Source of the DNA: a virus
Taxonomy: Duplodnaviria > Caudoviricetes
Strand: one strand, 5' to 3'
Virus record (IMG/VR): IMGVR_UViG_3300031758_000068
Location: 1 to 63,596 of that record
DNA: 63,596 nucleotides
Positions 16,051 to 25,880 of the stretch are shown here, piece by piece. How positions within the stretch are numbered: the stretch's first letter is position 1; each line of letters begins with the position of its first letter. The position numbers were made by a program, and so were the translations under genes. The notes below the pieces were generated by a model. The model was not told where the DNA came from. It saw only the letters and a list, made by a program, of their open reading frames with translations, and made no database searches.

Positions 16051-19017
16051 ATGGCAACGTACCTCCAAGGCGTCCAAGACTACATTCCACAATTCCAGCC
16101 ATTCCAGCCGGATTTGAATTTGTATGCAAATGTTTTACAGACCAAGCAAACGCAGTATGATACTGCATGGAAGTCTTTAAACAAAGTATATGGGCAATAC
16201 TTCTATGCAGATCTTACACATGAAGATAATGTTGTAAGAAAAGAAGAGATCATGAAGAACATTGATTTCAACTTGCAACGTGTTGCCGGACTTGATTTAT
16301 CTCTAGAACAAAACATTGACCAAGCGGTACAAGTATTCAAGCCTTTCTATGAGGATCAATATCTGATGAAAGATATGGCCTATACAAAGAACTACATCAA
16401 TCAAATGAGTAGAGCTGACTCTTACAAAAACTCAGAAGATGAGAAGATGAGAGGAATGTATTGGCAAGATGGTGTTACAGCTATGAACTATCAGAGAGAT
16501 GAGTTTAGAAAGTCTGACATATCTGAGACACTTAACTTTCAGAATATACAGTATACACCATATGTAAATGTAAATAAGAGAGCTTTAGAGATTGCAAAAG
16601 AAGCTGACCTGAACATTGAGTCTGTAGACTTTAGTCCTGATGGTAGATGGGTAGTTACAAAAAAGAATGGAGAGCAAGTACTTGAGCCACTTAGTAAACT
16701 ATTTGAATCTCAACTAGGAAGTGATCCGGCAATTCAAGATGTATACAAGACTCAAGCTTATGTAAACCGTAAGAACTATGCATACTCAAATGCTGCACAG
16801 TTTGAAGGAGATGAAAATAAAGCTGAGATGGCATATCTGCAGGAAAGCTATGACATGCTTAAAGAGCAAAGTCAACAAAGATATAAGCAGTTACAAGAGC
16901 AGTCTACTTACTACTCTAACATGATTGCTGATGTTGAGAAACAAATAGCTAACGGTACTGCATCTCCAAGAGCTAGAATGGCATTATCTCAATACAGATC
17001 TGCTAAAGAGATTAATGACAAAGTACTTGCACGTGCTGATGAAAATAACAATACGCTCAACGGAGATAATGATAATGCTACTGCAAATACTTCAGGGAAG
17101 ATTAATCCTTACGGAGATCTTAAATCTTTGAGATGGAAAGTAGATAATGGAATGGCATCAATGTTAATGCAGAAAGACTTAGATGAAGCTGCAGAGATAT
17201 ATGCATACCGTAATGCTAAGACAAGTATAGAAGCTAACCCATATGCCGTTAATGATCAGAAGTTCCAGCATGATAGAGCTCTTGCTCAAATCCGTGGTAA
17301 CTACATGTTAGAAGCTACACGCCTTAGAAATAAAGGTGAGAAAGAAAATAACATGGATAAGGCTCTTGTTGAAGCAGGTACACACCAGTATGATCTTAAC
17401 CCTACATTACCTGATGGTAAACCTAATCCTAATTATGGTAGAGCTATTCCTATTGAAGCATATACAAAAGTAACTACTACTAAAAAATCTGACGGTACTG
17501 CATCTGGCAATTATAATGCTAGATCTATGGACAGACAGATTAGTGAGATGGAAACTAAAGAACATGCTCAACCATACTTGCAAAATGTTGCAACAATGGT
17601 AACTACTCTTGTTACTGCCGGTCAAATGACTAAACAACAAGCTAAGCAGATTCTTGGAATGGATTATAATACTTTCCAGTCTAAACTTAATGGTAGCCCT
17701 AACTGGTTTATCAGAAGAGAACTTGGTGGTAAGAAACTTGAAGGTATCCGTAATAACATGGATAGATGGATTGGTCAAAACTTTGAATCATCTGCCCTTA
17801 AGTTATATTCTACACAGTTAGCTACACTTAAGAGTTCATCAACTAAGTTTGGTGATTACATTGGTTATGTAAATGAAAGTCAAGAGTGGAGACAAAAGAC
17901 TGCTAAAGAAGCTGAAACAGAACTTTATAGACAAGGTTTCAAGTATTCTAAATACATGTATGATATTGAAGGTAACTTAAGAAGTGAAAAAGATTTCTAT
18001 GCAGCTCTTCCTCCAGAGGCTATAGAAAAATATGGATTTAAAGTTAAGGGTGCTACAGGTGCTGGTGGAATATCAGGTGTTGGTGCAAATCCAGCTGGTC
18101 AAATGCGCGGAGACATGAACCGTAAAGCAGGAGATAGATATGAGCGTGAAATAAACTATGAAGCCATGAAAAACGCACTTTCTAAAATTTATACATCTGG
18201 TCAAATTAAAGCACCAGTTATTGGTTTAGAAAAGTTTGGCACAATGAGTGGCACTGGTAAGTTTGCATATGAAGTATCATCTGCATGGATTACACCTAAA
18301 GGTATTAACACACCTAACATGGCTAGATTTGGTGAAGTACTTAGTGACTTAAACAATTTTGACTGGGGTACAGATAAAGACAATAGAGTTTCATTCAGAG
18401 GTATATCCAAATCAGACTGGAATTACTATGATGATAAAAGCAGAAATGATGTAGGTAAAGCTATCTTAGATAACATTGTTGCAGAAATACAAAATAATAA
18501 AACCAAAATGGGTGACTTCAGAATAGATGTTGCACCAATGGCTGTAGGAAGTGTTGAGAAAGCTGCTATCATTATTACTCCAGATGCTGAATGGCTTAAA
18601 GGATTTGTATATCAGAAAGATGCAGATGGTGGTAAAAAAGGTACTGGTATTATCAGTCCAGAACAGTATTCTCTTATTATGCAAAATGGTATTTCTTATA
18701 TCATGCCAGCAGATCAGATGACTAATAGTATGTATACAGGTGCATTTCAAACTCCTCTTGAAACTATTATTTCTAATAGTCCTACAGGTTATACATATAC
18801 AGATCCGCAAAATCCTTCTTCTACAATCAATATCAAAAAGAGTAATTCACCGGCTGGTCCATACCAGTACTCAGTTACTTATCCATATATTGATCCTGCA
18901 ACAGGTGAAGAAAAGATGGCACCTCCAGTAGTTGACTTTACAAATGACCCTAATGCTCTTAGAGATAACATGCTTAACTACTTTGAGCTTAACCAACAAG
19001 GTTTACTTGGTTTCTAA
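16051..19017 (+). CDS. 988-aa putative internal virion/ejection protein
   Basis: Long helical-looking ORF with no Cys seen and an N-terminal PQFQPFQP. Lies immediately before the three giant genes, as expected for crAss-like ejected proteins. Confidence 0.65.
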   Translation: MATYLQGVQDYIPQFQPFQPDLNLYANVLQTKQTQYDTAWKSLNKVYGQYFYADLTHEDNVVRKEEIMKNIDFNLQRVAGLDLSLEQNIDQAVQVFKPFYEDQYLMKDMAYTKNYINQMSRADSYKNSEDEKMRGMYWQDGVTAMNYQRDEFRKSDISETLNFQNIQYTPYVNVNKRALEIAKEADLNIESVDFSPDGRWVVTKKNGEQVLEPLSKLFESQLGSDPAIQDVYKTQAYVNRKNYAYSNAAQFEGDENKAEMAYLQESYDMLKEQSQQRYKQLQEQSTYYSNMIADVEKQIANGTASPRARMALSQYRSAKEINDKVLARADENNNTLNGDNDNATANTSGKINPYGDLKSLRWKVDNGMASMLMQKDLDEAAEIYAYRNAKTSIEANPYAVNDQKFQHDRALAQIRGNYMLEATRLRNKGEKENNMDKALVEAGTHQYDLNPTLPDGKPNPNYGRAIPIEAYTKVTTTKKSDGTASGNYNARSMDRQISEMETKEHAQPYLQNVATMVTTLVTAGQMTKQQAKQILGMDYNTFQSKLNGSPNWFIRRELGGKKLEGIRNNMDRWIGQNFESSALKLYSTQLATLKSSSTKFGDYIGYVNESQEWRQKTAKEAETELYRQGFKYSKYMYDIEGNLRSEKDFYAALPPEAIEKYGFKVKGATGAGGISGVGANPAGQMRGDMNRKAGDRYEREINYEAMKNALSKIYTSGQIKAPVIGLEKFGTMSGTGKFAYEVSSAWITPKGINTPNMARFGEVLSDLNNFDWGTDKDNRVSFRGISKSDWNYYDDKSRNDVGKAILDNIVAEIQNNKTKMGDFRIDVAPMAVGSVEKAAIIITPDAEWLKGFVYQKDADGGKKGTGIISPEQYSLIMQNGISYIMPADQMTNSMYTGAFQTPLETIISNSPTGYTYTDPQNPSSTINIKKSNSPAGPYQYSVTYPYIDPATGEEKMAPPVVDFTNDPNALRDNMLNYFELNQQGLLGF

Positions 19018-19028
19018 AAATACTTAAG

Positions 19029-22000
19029 ATGGCAGATAATACTCCAGGTTTCAACTCTCTAGATCCACTTGGTCCGGAGTATGGAAAAATAAATCAACCT
19101 ATCATAGATCCAAAAGGATTAAGTCCTTTTGAAGGTGATAGAATGCGTGATGCACCAATCAACTTTCCAGCAATGCCTGGTCTTGATCTTTCATTGCCTA
19201 ATAGGAATGTAAGACAGAATGCAGTTGGTGCTCCTGGAAAACCAGCTAATGCTAATAAACAAGCAACAGCACAAGATGTAATTAATGCACAAGGTAGTCT
19301 TATTAAGGCTATTGGTCAAGCTAGTCAAAGTAAAGATTCATATGCAAAGATCTATTCATATAATGCAGGACCTGATGGTAATGCTTTCTATAAGAGATAT
19401 CAAGCATATGGTCAAGAGAAGTTTGATGAAATTGGTTTCTCTCCGCTAAGAGATAATGAAGCTAACTTTAATGCTAGAACTACAAGATGGGATGACTTTA
19501 GTAGAATGATGACACACTCATTCTTTCCATTACTTGCTAGTGGTTTTACGTCTGGGCCAAGAAGTTTATTTAGAATGCTTCAAGGTGACTTTACTGGAGC
19601 TGACTTAGAAGATGCAAGACTATATGAAGAGGCTGCTGCTATAGGTCAATCAAGCAAAGGTGGAGTATTTGGGTTTGTCAATAATACAGTGATGAACTTT
19701 GGGTATACTGTTGGTATTATCAGTGAAGTTATACTTGAAGAAATGGGAGCTGCTTTACTTGCTCCAGGAACAGGAGGTACAAGTTTTGCAGCAGCTACAA
19801 TACGTAATCTTGAAAGAATAAAAGGTGTTGGTACGGCAATAAAAGGATTCAAAGCAATGAGAAATTCATTGTCTGAATTAAAAGGTATTCAAGCTGTAAG
19901 AAACTTTAAGAATTCTGTTAATGCAGGTTTGACAAGTAAAGTAGGTAGATTCTTGAATCCACTTGAGAATACATTTGAAGCATTACAACTTGCTAAAGCA
20001 GATAACCTTACAGGTTTAGCTGCTACATTTAAGACGGCAGGAGGTTTATATAGAGATATCCGTACAGTAAATATGGCAGTTTCAGAAGCTAGACTTGAAG
20101 CTGGTATGGTTGAGAATAGTGTGTATGATGATTTATACAATGAACACTATAACTTAACAGGAGAGGCTCCTGATAATAAGACTCAACAAGACATGCAGAG
20201 GCAAGCTAAGGATGCTTCTGGGAACACCTTCTATTGGAATGCAGGTCTTATCTATGCTACAAACAAAATCACATTTAATAATATCACAGGACCACGTGGT
20301 GGTATCCGTAAGTTTATCAAGTCAGTACAAGATGACTTTGTTAGTGTAGGTGGTGGTAAGTTTGGTAACGTAGGTAAGATTGTATATGATAATGTTGCTA
20401 AGAAGTTTGCTTATGAGGCTACTAATCTAAAGAACTTAGCTAAAAGCTGGTGGAAGAATCCTGGATTTAAAACTGCTGCGGGGACCATTGGTTACTTCAA
20501 AGCAAACATATCTGAGGGTCTTCAGGAAAACATGCAAGAGATTATCTCTAGAACTAATGAAGGTTACTACAAAGATAGCTTTAACAGTAAAGCAAGAAGA
20601 GCACAAGAGTATGCAAGAGGTGCAGCCTTATATGCTGGTAAGACACAGAGTGACTACTTTAAAAAAGAGATAGGTGAAGAATTTAGTATGAAAGGACTTG
20701 AGACATTTGGTTCAGGTTTCTTCATGGGTATGCTAGCTGCTCCATTGAATAACTCTATCCCATTCTTATCTAAACAATGGAATAGAATGTTTGACCAGAA
20801 AGGTTATACAGACTATGTTGAGAAGAAAGAAAAAATGGCAGAGGGTATTGTTGAAGTGTTAAATAACATTGACATGAAAGACTTTATCAAGTCAAACATG
20901 TTTAATCTTAGTGCACAAGACTTTATAAGTGAGATAAAAGCTAGAGCTTCTAAAAAAGAAGGAATGGATGCTGAGCTTGAAGGTCTTATTGACTCTGTGG
21001 AAATGATGCTTCAGACAAACACTACAGATGTGTTTACGGATCATCTTAATTCATTCTTTGACTTATCAGAAGATGAGTTTATGGAAGCAATGGGTAACAT
21101 TGAAAAGAGTGAGATACCTGAGTACAAAACAAGAATTACAAAAAGTATTGATAAGATAAAGTCCATCAAGAAGAAGTATGATTATTATAAACAAAAGAAA
21201 CCTAATCCCGTTACTGATGCTTATTTAAGCACACTAGATAAAGATAGTGAAGAGTATGAAGAGGCTGTAAGCTTGCAAGCAGGTTGGGACAGAGCTGTTA
21301 AAAATGCTGTATTTTTTAATGAGGCCTATGAAGATACTATGCAAAGAATGGTTGACATTCAGAGTGAATTTCTATCTAAGACCACTCTTAAGAATATGGG
21401 AGCAAGAGAGATGGGTCTTATATTCCAACCACAAAAAATCAAGAATGAGATTGAACTTCTTAAGAATGATATTGAGGTAGCTGAACAGGCTAAATCAACA
21501 TTACCTGGAGCAGCAGAAGACTTAGCTAAAAAGAAAAGAATGCTTGCTCAGATGGAAGACTATGCTGAGAAGTTTAAAGCATTTGATATCTTCTACAATA
21601 GAGCTGATTACTACAGTGCTCATAGAGATGAAGTTAAGAAACAATTGGGTATTGATCTTACTGATGAAGAAGTAGAAGCTATCTTCAATGAGCAATTGGG
21701 TACACTTGATGGGACTGAAAGCCAAGCAAAAGTACTTGGAGAATTAAAAGAATCTCTTGCTAATTATCTTAAAACAGTAGCTGACATTAATGAAGATACT
21801 GTATTTGATGAAAACATAGATCAAGGATTCACTCTTCTTACTGACCACTATAAGCTTTATAGAGAGTCTCTTGCTATGGTTGAGGCTATTAATACTCTAC
21901 ATGACCCGGGTAACTTTAATGATCTAGCAAGAAGAAACCAAGCTTGGATGAAAGATCTTTACAACAGAAGAGCTGAGTACTATGAGAAGATTGTAAAAGG

Positions 22001-25000
22001 TGAGATGGAAGATGTAGAGTTCAATGCTCTATTAAACAAGCTTGCTGATAGCGGTATTGCAGTTACTCCTGAAGACTTTGTAGAGTGGAAAAACAACCGC
22101 ACTATCCCTAAAGAGTTTATTGATATTGCTAACAAAAGAATCATACCACAGAATAGTGAGAAGTATGCTGCGGCAGTTGATCTATTTGAAAGAGCTACAG
22201 CTCTTAGAGATGATACTACTGTAGTTTCTACAGAAATACAGGATGCTGAATACAAGAGACAACTAGCTGCACTTGAAGCTGATATGCAGGCAGAGATTGA
22301 TGCTTTACCAAAAGTTGAAGAAAGACTTGTTACTGGTAACATTGAGCCTACTGCTAAAAGCAAATCATTTACTCTAAACAAAGTAAGAAAAGAACTTGCT
22401 ATTGGAGAACAAGCTGAGCTCGTAGATAGTAAAGGTGAAAGAATCATTGTCAGAAAAGATGAGAATGAGCAGTTAGTAGATGAGGCTGGTGAACTTGTAG
22501 ATAACAACAAAAGATATGTAGCCGGTGAGAAGTTCAGAATGTCTATGGTAGCTGATGAGGCTGCTGTAAAAGAGATTGAAGATAGATACACTGAGAAAAG
22601 AATTGCGCTTAAAGAGAAGTTCTTAGCTGCACAGGAGAATGTTGAGAAGCCACCGGTTGTAGAAGAGATGACCATAGCGGACATCATGACTAAAGAACCG
22701 GAGCTGTATCAACAACTCTTGACTGCATATGAAGCCATGATGGTTGAAGACATGGGAGTAGATGACTTTGCTACACTGAGTGACAGTCAAAGAGAAAACG
22801 GTCTAGCTAAGTTTATCAAGTCTGCTAAAGGGAAACTTATTGTAGATGCATACCAAGAGAAACAAAAGATTAGCAAGTCTGCTCAGACTGAAGCTAATGA
22901 GATGACCTTTACTCTTGATGGTACTTCATATGACACATCTACTATAACTTCTGTACCTCAATTAAGAAACTTTATTAAACAGTTTAACGCTAAGATTGCA
23001 ACCATTAAGAAAAAGAAAATTCAAGATTCTGCAGACACTGAAGCAATTCTTGATTTACAGTCTATGATTAATGGTATGAACTTACTGATTGATAAAAGAC
23101 TACAGTCTGGTGCCACTGATGAACTCAAAGCAGCAATTGCTAAGATCAAGGTGATGCAGTTGAATCAAAAGGATATTGTGAAACAAGATCTAAAATCAAT
23201 CACAATACCTGAAGATGATAGAGCTTGGAAAAAAGGTGATATCAGATATACTAAACAAGGTATCCGCGTTGAGTATAAAGGAGACAACCTGTATAATATT
23301 GCCGGAGAAGACAGAGTATTTGATACAAGTACACCTAATGCAAGTTCTTTCCAGAGAAGTATTGATACAGCTATCTATACTGCCAATCCACAAGAGGTAC
23401 CAAATGTGTACATGATTAAAGGGACAGAGCATGAGAGAGTATCATATGCAATCAAGAGCGTATATGATGTTTTTGGATTGAATGAGAATGACTTAGCTAT
23501 TCTTAATACTGCCTTTGACGTTACTATAGGTATAAAAGGATTTAATGAAGAATCTATAAAAGCATTTGTTGATGACTTAAGAGCTACTAAAGAAAGTGAT
23601 AACGGTAAACTAGGAGGATTCAGTACTTATACATTTGATGAGATAGAAGGAGATCTTCTTGGATTCTATGATTCAATGACTATCATGGGTGGTGCACCAA
23701 CAACTGCTCCTACTCCAGAGGCAGATCCTAAAAGAGCTGATGTAGAAGCAAGATTGAGAAAAATTGCAGTTGGATTAAAGGAAGAGGAAATACAACAGGT
23801 TTTAGATATACCAATAGAAAAGATAATTACTGAAGTAAAAAATAGAGCTAATAATAATCCAAATACACTTGTTGGTTCTCTTGTTGTATACTATGCTCTT
23901 AGATTAGAAGCTGAGATGGCAGCAATACGTATACCTGTAGGAGAAAAAACAAAATTAGTTGAGGTTGTAAAAGTAATAGATAAATTAACTCCTTCCGCTG
24001 ATTCTGATATAGAAGCCAAGAAAGTTGAAATAGAAAGAAGAAGGCAAGAAGAATTAGCTACGGCTAAGATAGAAATACCAAGGTATTTTAGATTTAGTGA
24101 ACTGGGAGGTGGAAAAGGTAAAAGTGGAGAAGCTCTTTCTTCTGTAGAAGCTGATAAAAATCGAGAGATACAAGAAAATTTTGAAAAACAACTTCAAGAA
24201 GGAGACAAATTAATTGAGCCAAACGGAGATACCTACTATTTTAGAAATGGTAAAACTGTAAAAAGAAATGGACAACCTAGGGGGATGGCTGACATAGGTG
24301 CGTTTTTGACAGGTGTAACAATAGATAGAACAGATAAAATCAATGCTAAATACGATGCTCAACTAGATGCTTTAGAAGCTACTACCCAAACAACTACAAC
24401 ACCAGGATCTGTAGACATAGAAGAGATAAGAAAGCTTGCTCTTAATACTGCAGCAGAGCAATCATATGAGGCTTCAAAAAAAGTAGGTAACTATACGGAT
24501 AAACAGTCTAAACGTATATTTGATGGTGAGGCTCCTGAATTTGATGAAGAGCGGATTACTAAAGAAGCTTATGATGAACTCTTTGATCCTAAGACAGGTT
24601 ACTTAACACAGCTTAAAGAACGGGCAGATAAGGGTGAGTTCTTCATTGCTACAGATATAGTAGTCTATGGAGAGGTTGTTGATGCAAATGGTAAGACACG
24701 TAGAATTGCCGGAGAGATTGACTTACTTATAGCAGACCGTGATGGTAAAATTCACATCATTGACCTTAAGACAGGAACCTATAGTAAGTGGCAATTTTAC
24801 AATAACAAAGGAACTATTGGTTACAATAAGAGAATTGAGAATACCCTTCAGCAGATGTCTTACTCTAACTTAGTATTTAATCAATATGGTTTAGAGACTA
24901 ACATTGGAATCTTACCAATTGAAGCTAAATATGATCCAGATTCTGCTGATGGTAAAATCATGAAAGCGGGTAGACCAACTACTAAAAAACTGTTTGAAGA

Positions 25001-25880
25001 TGATGACATGAGTCTTCTTGAAAGTAACAAGCCTTTCTCAGTTAAGCTTTACAAGAATCAGGAACTGCAACAACTAGATGAGAATGGAGAAGTAGTAAAT
25101 ACTACTGCTGAGGAACTAATTGGTAAAATCATTCCTAGAAAAGATGGTAAGTCTGGAGCTTCAGGTCCAATAAGACCAGATGAAGATTCAACTGAGGATG
25201 AAGCAGGACCAACAGGTGGAACTAATGCTCCTAACCCTACAGTTAATAAAGGAGCAAGACAAGATCAAGTAGATACTTACAATGATCTTAAAGAGCGTAT
25301 CATGATGGCTAATCTTGATGAACTTGATGAATTAAATACTGAACTGTTTGCAGCTAAAGTAAGTAGTGGTATCACTGATGAGCAATACAAAGATCTTGTT
25401 AATTTACTTGAAGAAGCAGAAACTGAATTAAGTATTGGAGAAATTGAGTCAGTTTCAATAAATAATGTTAAATTAAATAGTAAGCTAATTGCCATGGATG
25501 AGTTCACGACAACAACGCAAAAAGGCAAGACTACTATTATAAGCATTATTGGGGCTAATGAGAAAGTTGTGGTTGCTGAAATACTTAAAGACTCAATTAA
25601 AGTAAGAACACAAGATGGCAACCTGGTAGAGGTACCAGCTAACAAGATAAGTGATATCTTTGTTGATGCAGCCAAATATGAAGACGAACCAGGAGGACCT
25701 ATGGATACACCGTATAAACCAACCAAAGAAGAATCAATTGTCATTACTCAGACAAATGATAATGTGGCAACGTTTTTAGATGATAATGATGCTAAAACTG
25801 AAGCAGTTCAGAAAGGTCAATCTATGAATCCAAAAGATGCCCTTAATGACTTGAATAAAATTATAAATTGCCCGGGATAA
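19029..25880 (+). CDS. 2283-aa giant virion/ejection protein with hydrophobic N-terminal helices, coiled coils and a PD-(D/E)xK nuclease domain
   Basis: IAGEIDLL...IIDLKTG...QQMSY at 24705-24865. Gly/Ala-rich hydrophobic segments near 19690-19800 and 20705-20760. Confidence 0.8.
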   Translation: MADNTPGFNSLDPLGPEYGKINQPIIDPKGLSPFEGDRMRDAPINFPAMPGLDLSLPNRNVRQNAVGAPGKPANANKQATAQDVINAQGSLIKAIGQASQSKDSYAKIYSYNAGPDGNAFYKRYQAYGQEKFDEIGFSPLRDNEANFNARTTRWDDFSRMMTHSFFPLLASGFTSGPRSLFRMLQGDFTGADLEDARLYEEAAAIGQSSKGGVFGFVNNTVMNFGYTVGIISEVILEEMGAALLAPGTGGTSFAAATIRNLERIKGVGTAIKGFKAMRNSLSELKGIQAVRNFKNSVNAGLTSKVGRFLNPLENTFEALQLAKADNLTGLAATFKTAGGLYRDIRTVNMAVSEARLEAGMVENSVYDDLYNEHYNLTGEAPDNKTQQDMQRQAKDASGNTFYWNAGLIYATNKITFNNITGPRGGIRKFIKSVQDDFVSVGGGKFGNVGKIVYDNVAKKFAYEATNLKNLAKSWWKNPGFKTAAGTIGYFKANISEGLQENMQEIISRTNEGYYKDSFNSKARRAQEYARGAALYAGKTQSDYFKKEIGEEFSMKGLETFGSGFFMGMLAAPLNNSIPFLSKQWNRMFDQKGYTDYVEKKEKMAEGIVEVLNNIDMKDFIKSNMFNLSAQDFISEIKARASKKEGMDAELEGLIDSVEMMLQTNTTDVFTDHLNSFFDLSEDEFMEAMGNIEKSEIPEYKTRITKSIDKIKSIKKKYDYYKQKKPNPVTDAYLSTLDKDSEEYEEAVSLQAGWDRAVKNAVFFNEAYEDTMQRMVDIQSEFLSKTTLKNMGAREMGLIFQPQKIKNEIELLKNDIEVAEQAKSTLPGAAEDLAKKKRMLAQMEDYAEKFKAFDIFYNRADYYSAHRDEVKKQLGIDLTDEEVEAIFNEQLGTLDGTESQAKVLGELKESLANYLKTVADINEDTVFDENIDQGFTLLTDHYKLYRESLAMVEAINTLHDPGNFNDLARRNQAWMKDLYNRRAEYYEKIVKGEMEDVEFNALLNKLADSGIAVTPEDFVEWKNNRTIPKEFIDIANKRIIPQNSEKYAAAVDLFERATALRDDTTVVSTEIQDAEYKRQLAALEADMQAEIDALPKVEERLVTGNIEPTAKSKSFTLNKVRKELAIGEQAELVDSKGERIIVRKDENEQLVDEAGELVDNNKRYVAGEKFRMSMVADEAAVKEIEDRYTEKRIALKEKFLAAQENVEKPPVVEEMTIADIMTKEPELYQQLLTAYEAMMVEDMGVDDFATLSDSQRENGLAKFIKSAKGKLIVDAYQEKQKISKSAQTEANEMTFTLDGTSYDTSTITSVPQLRNFIKQFNAKIATIKKKKIQDSADTEAILDLQSMINGMNLLIDKRLQSGATDELKAAIAKIKVMQLNQKDIVKQDLKSITIPEDDRAWKKGDIRYTKQGIRVEYKGDNLYNIAGEDRVFDTSTPNASSFQRSIDTAIYTANPQEVPNVYMIKGTEHERVSYAIKSVYDVFGLNENDLAILNTAFDVTIGIKGFNEESIKAFVDDLRATKESDNGKLGGFSTYTFDEIEGDLLGFYDSMTIMGGAPTTAPTPEADPKRADVEARLRKIAVGLKEEEIQQVLDIPIEKIITEVKNRANNNPNTLVGSLVVYYALRLEAEMAAIRIPVGEKTKLVEVVKVIDKLTPSADSDIEAKKVEIERRRQEELATAKIEIPRYFRFSELGGGKGKSGEALSSVEADKNREIQENFEKQLQEGDKLIEPNGDTYYFRNGKTVKRNGQPRGMADIGAFLTGVTIDRTDKINAKYDAQLDALEATTQTTTTPGSVDIEEIRKLALNTAAEQSYEASKKVGNYTDKQSKRIFDGEAPEFDEERITKEAYDELFDPKTGYLTQLKERADKGEFFIATDIVVYGEVVDANGKTRRIAGEIDLLIADRDGKIHIIDLKTGTYSKWQFYNNKGTIGYNKRIENTLQQMSYSNLVFNQYGLETNIGILPIEAKYDPDSADGKIMKAGRPTTKKLFEDDDMSLLESNKPFSVKLYKNQELQQLDENGEVVNTTAEELIGKIIPRKDGKSGASGPIRPDEDSTEDEAGPTGGTNAPNPTVNKGARQDQVDTYNDLKERIMMANLDELDELNTELFAAKVSSGITDEQYKDLVNLLEEAETELSIGEIESVSINNVKLNSKLIAMDEFTTTTQKGKTTIISIIGANEKVVVAEILKDSIKVRTQDGNLVEVPANKISDIFVDAAKYEDEPGGPMDTPYKPTKEESIVITQTNDNVATFLDDNDAKTEAVQKGQSMNPKDALNDLNKIINCPG

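Noticed and set aside
21980-22687. 235-aa minus-strand ORF and the many other 60-155 aa antisense ORFs within 1-44967
   Set aside because: They are S/F/L/I-rich shadows of the K/E/D-rich sense genes, lie entirely within long genes and show no motifs.
25868-25879. TTG start for the RNAP
   Set aside because: The ATG at 25880 overlapping the upstream TAA is the more typical coupled start. The junction-cysteine observation holds with either start.
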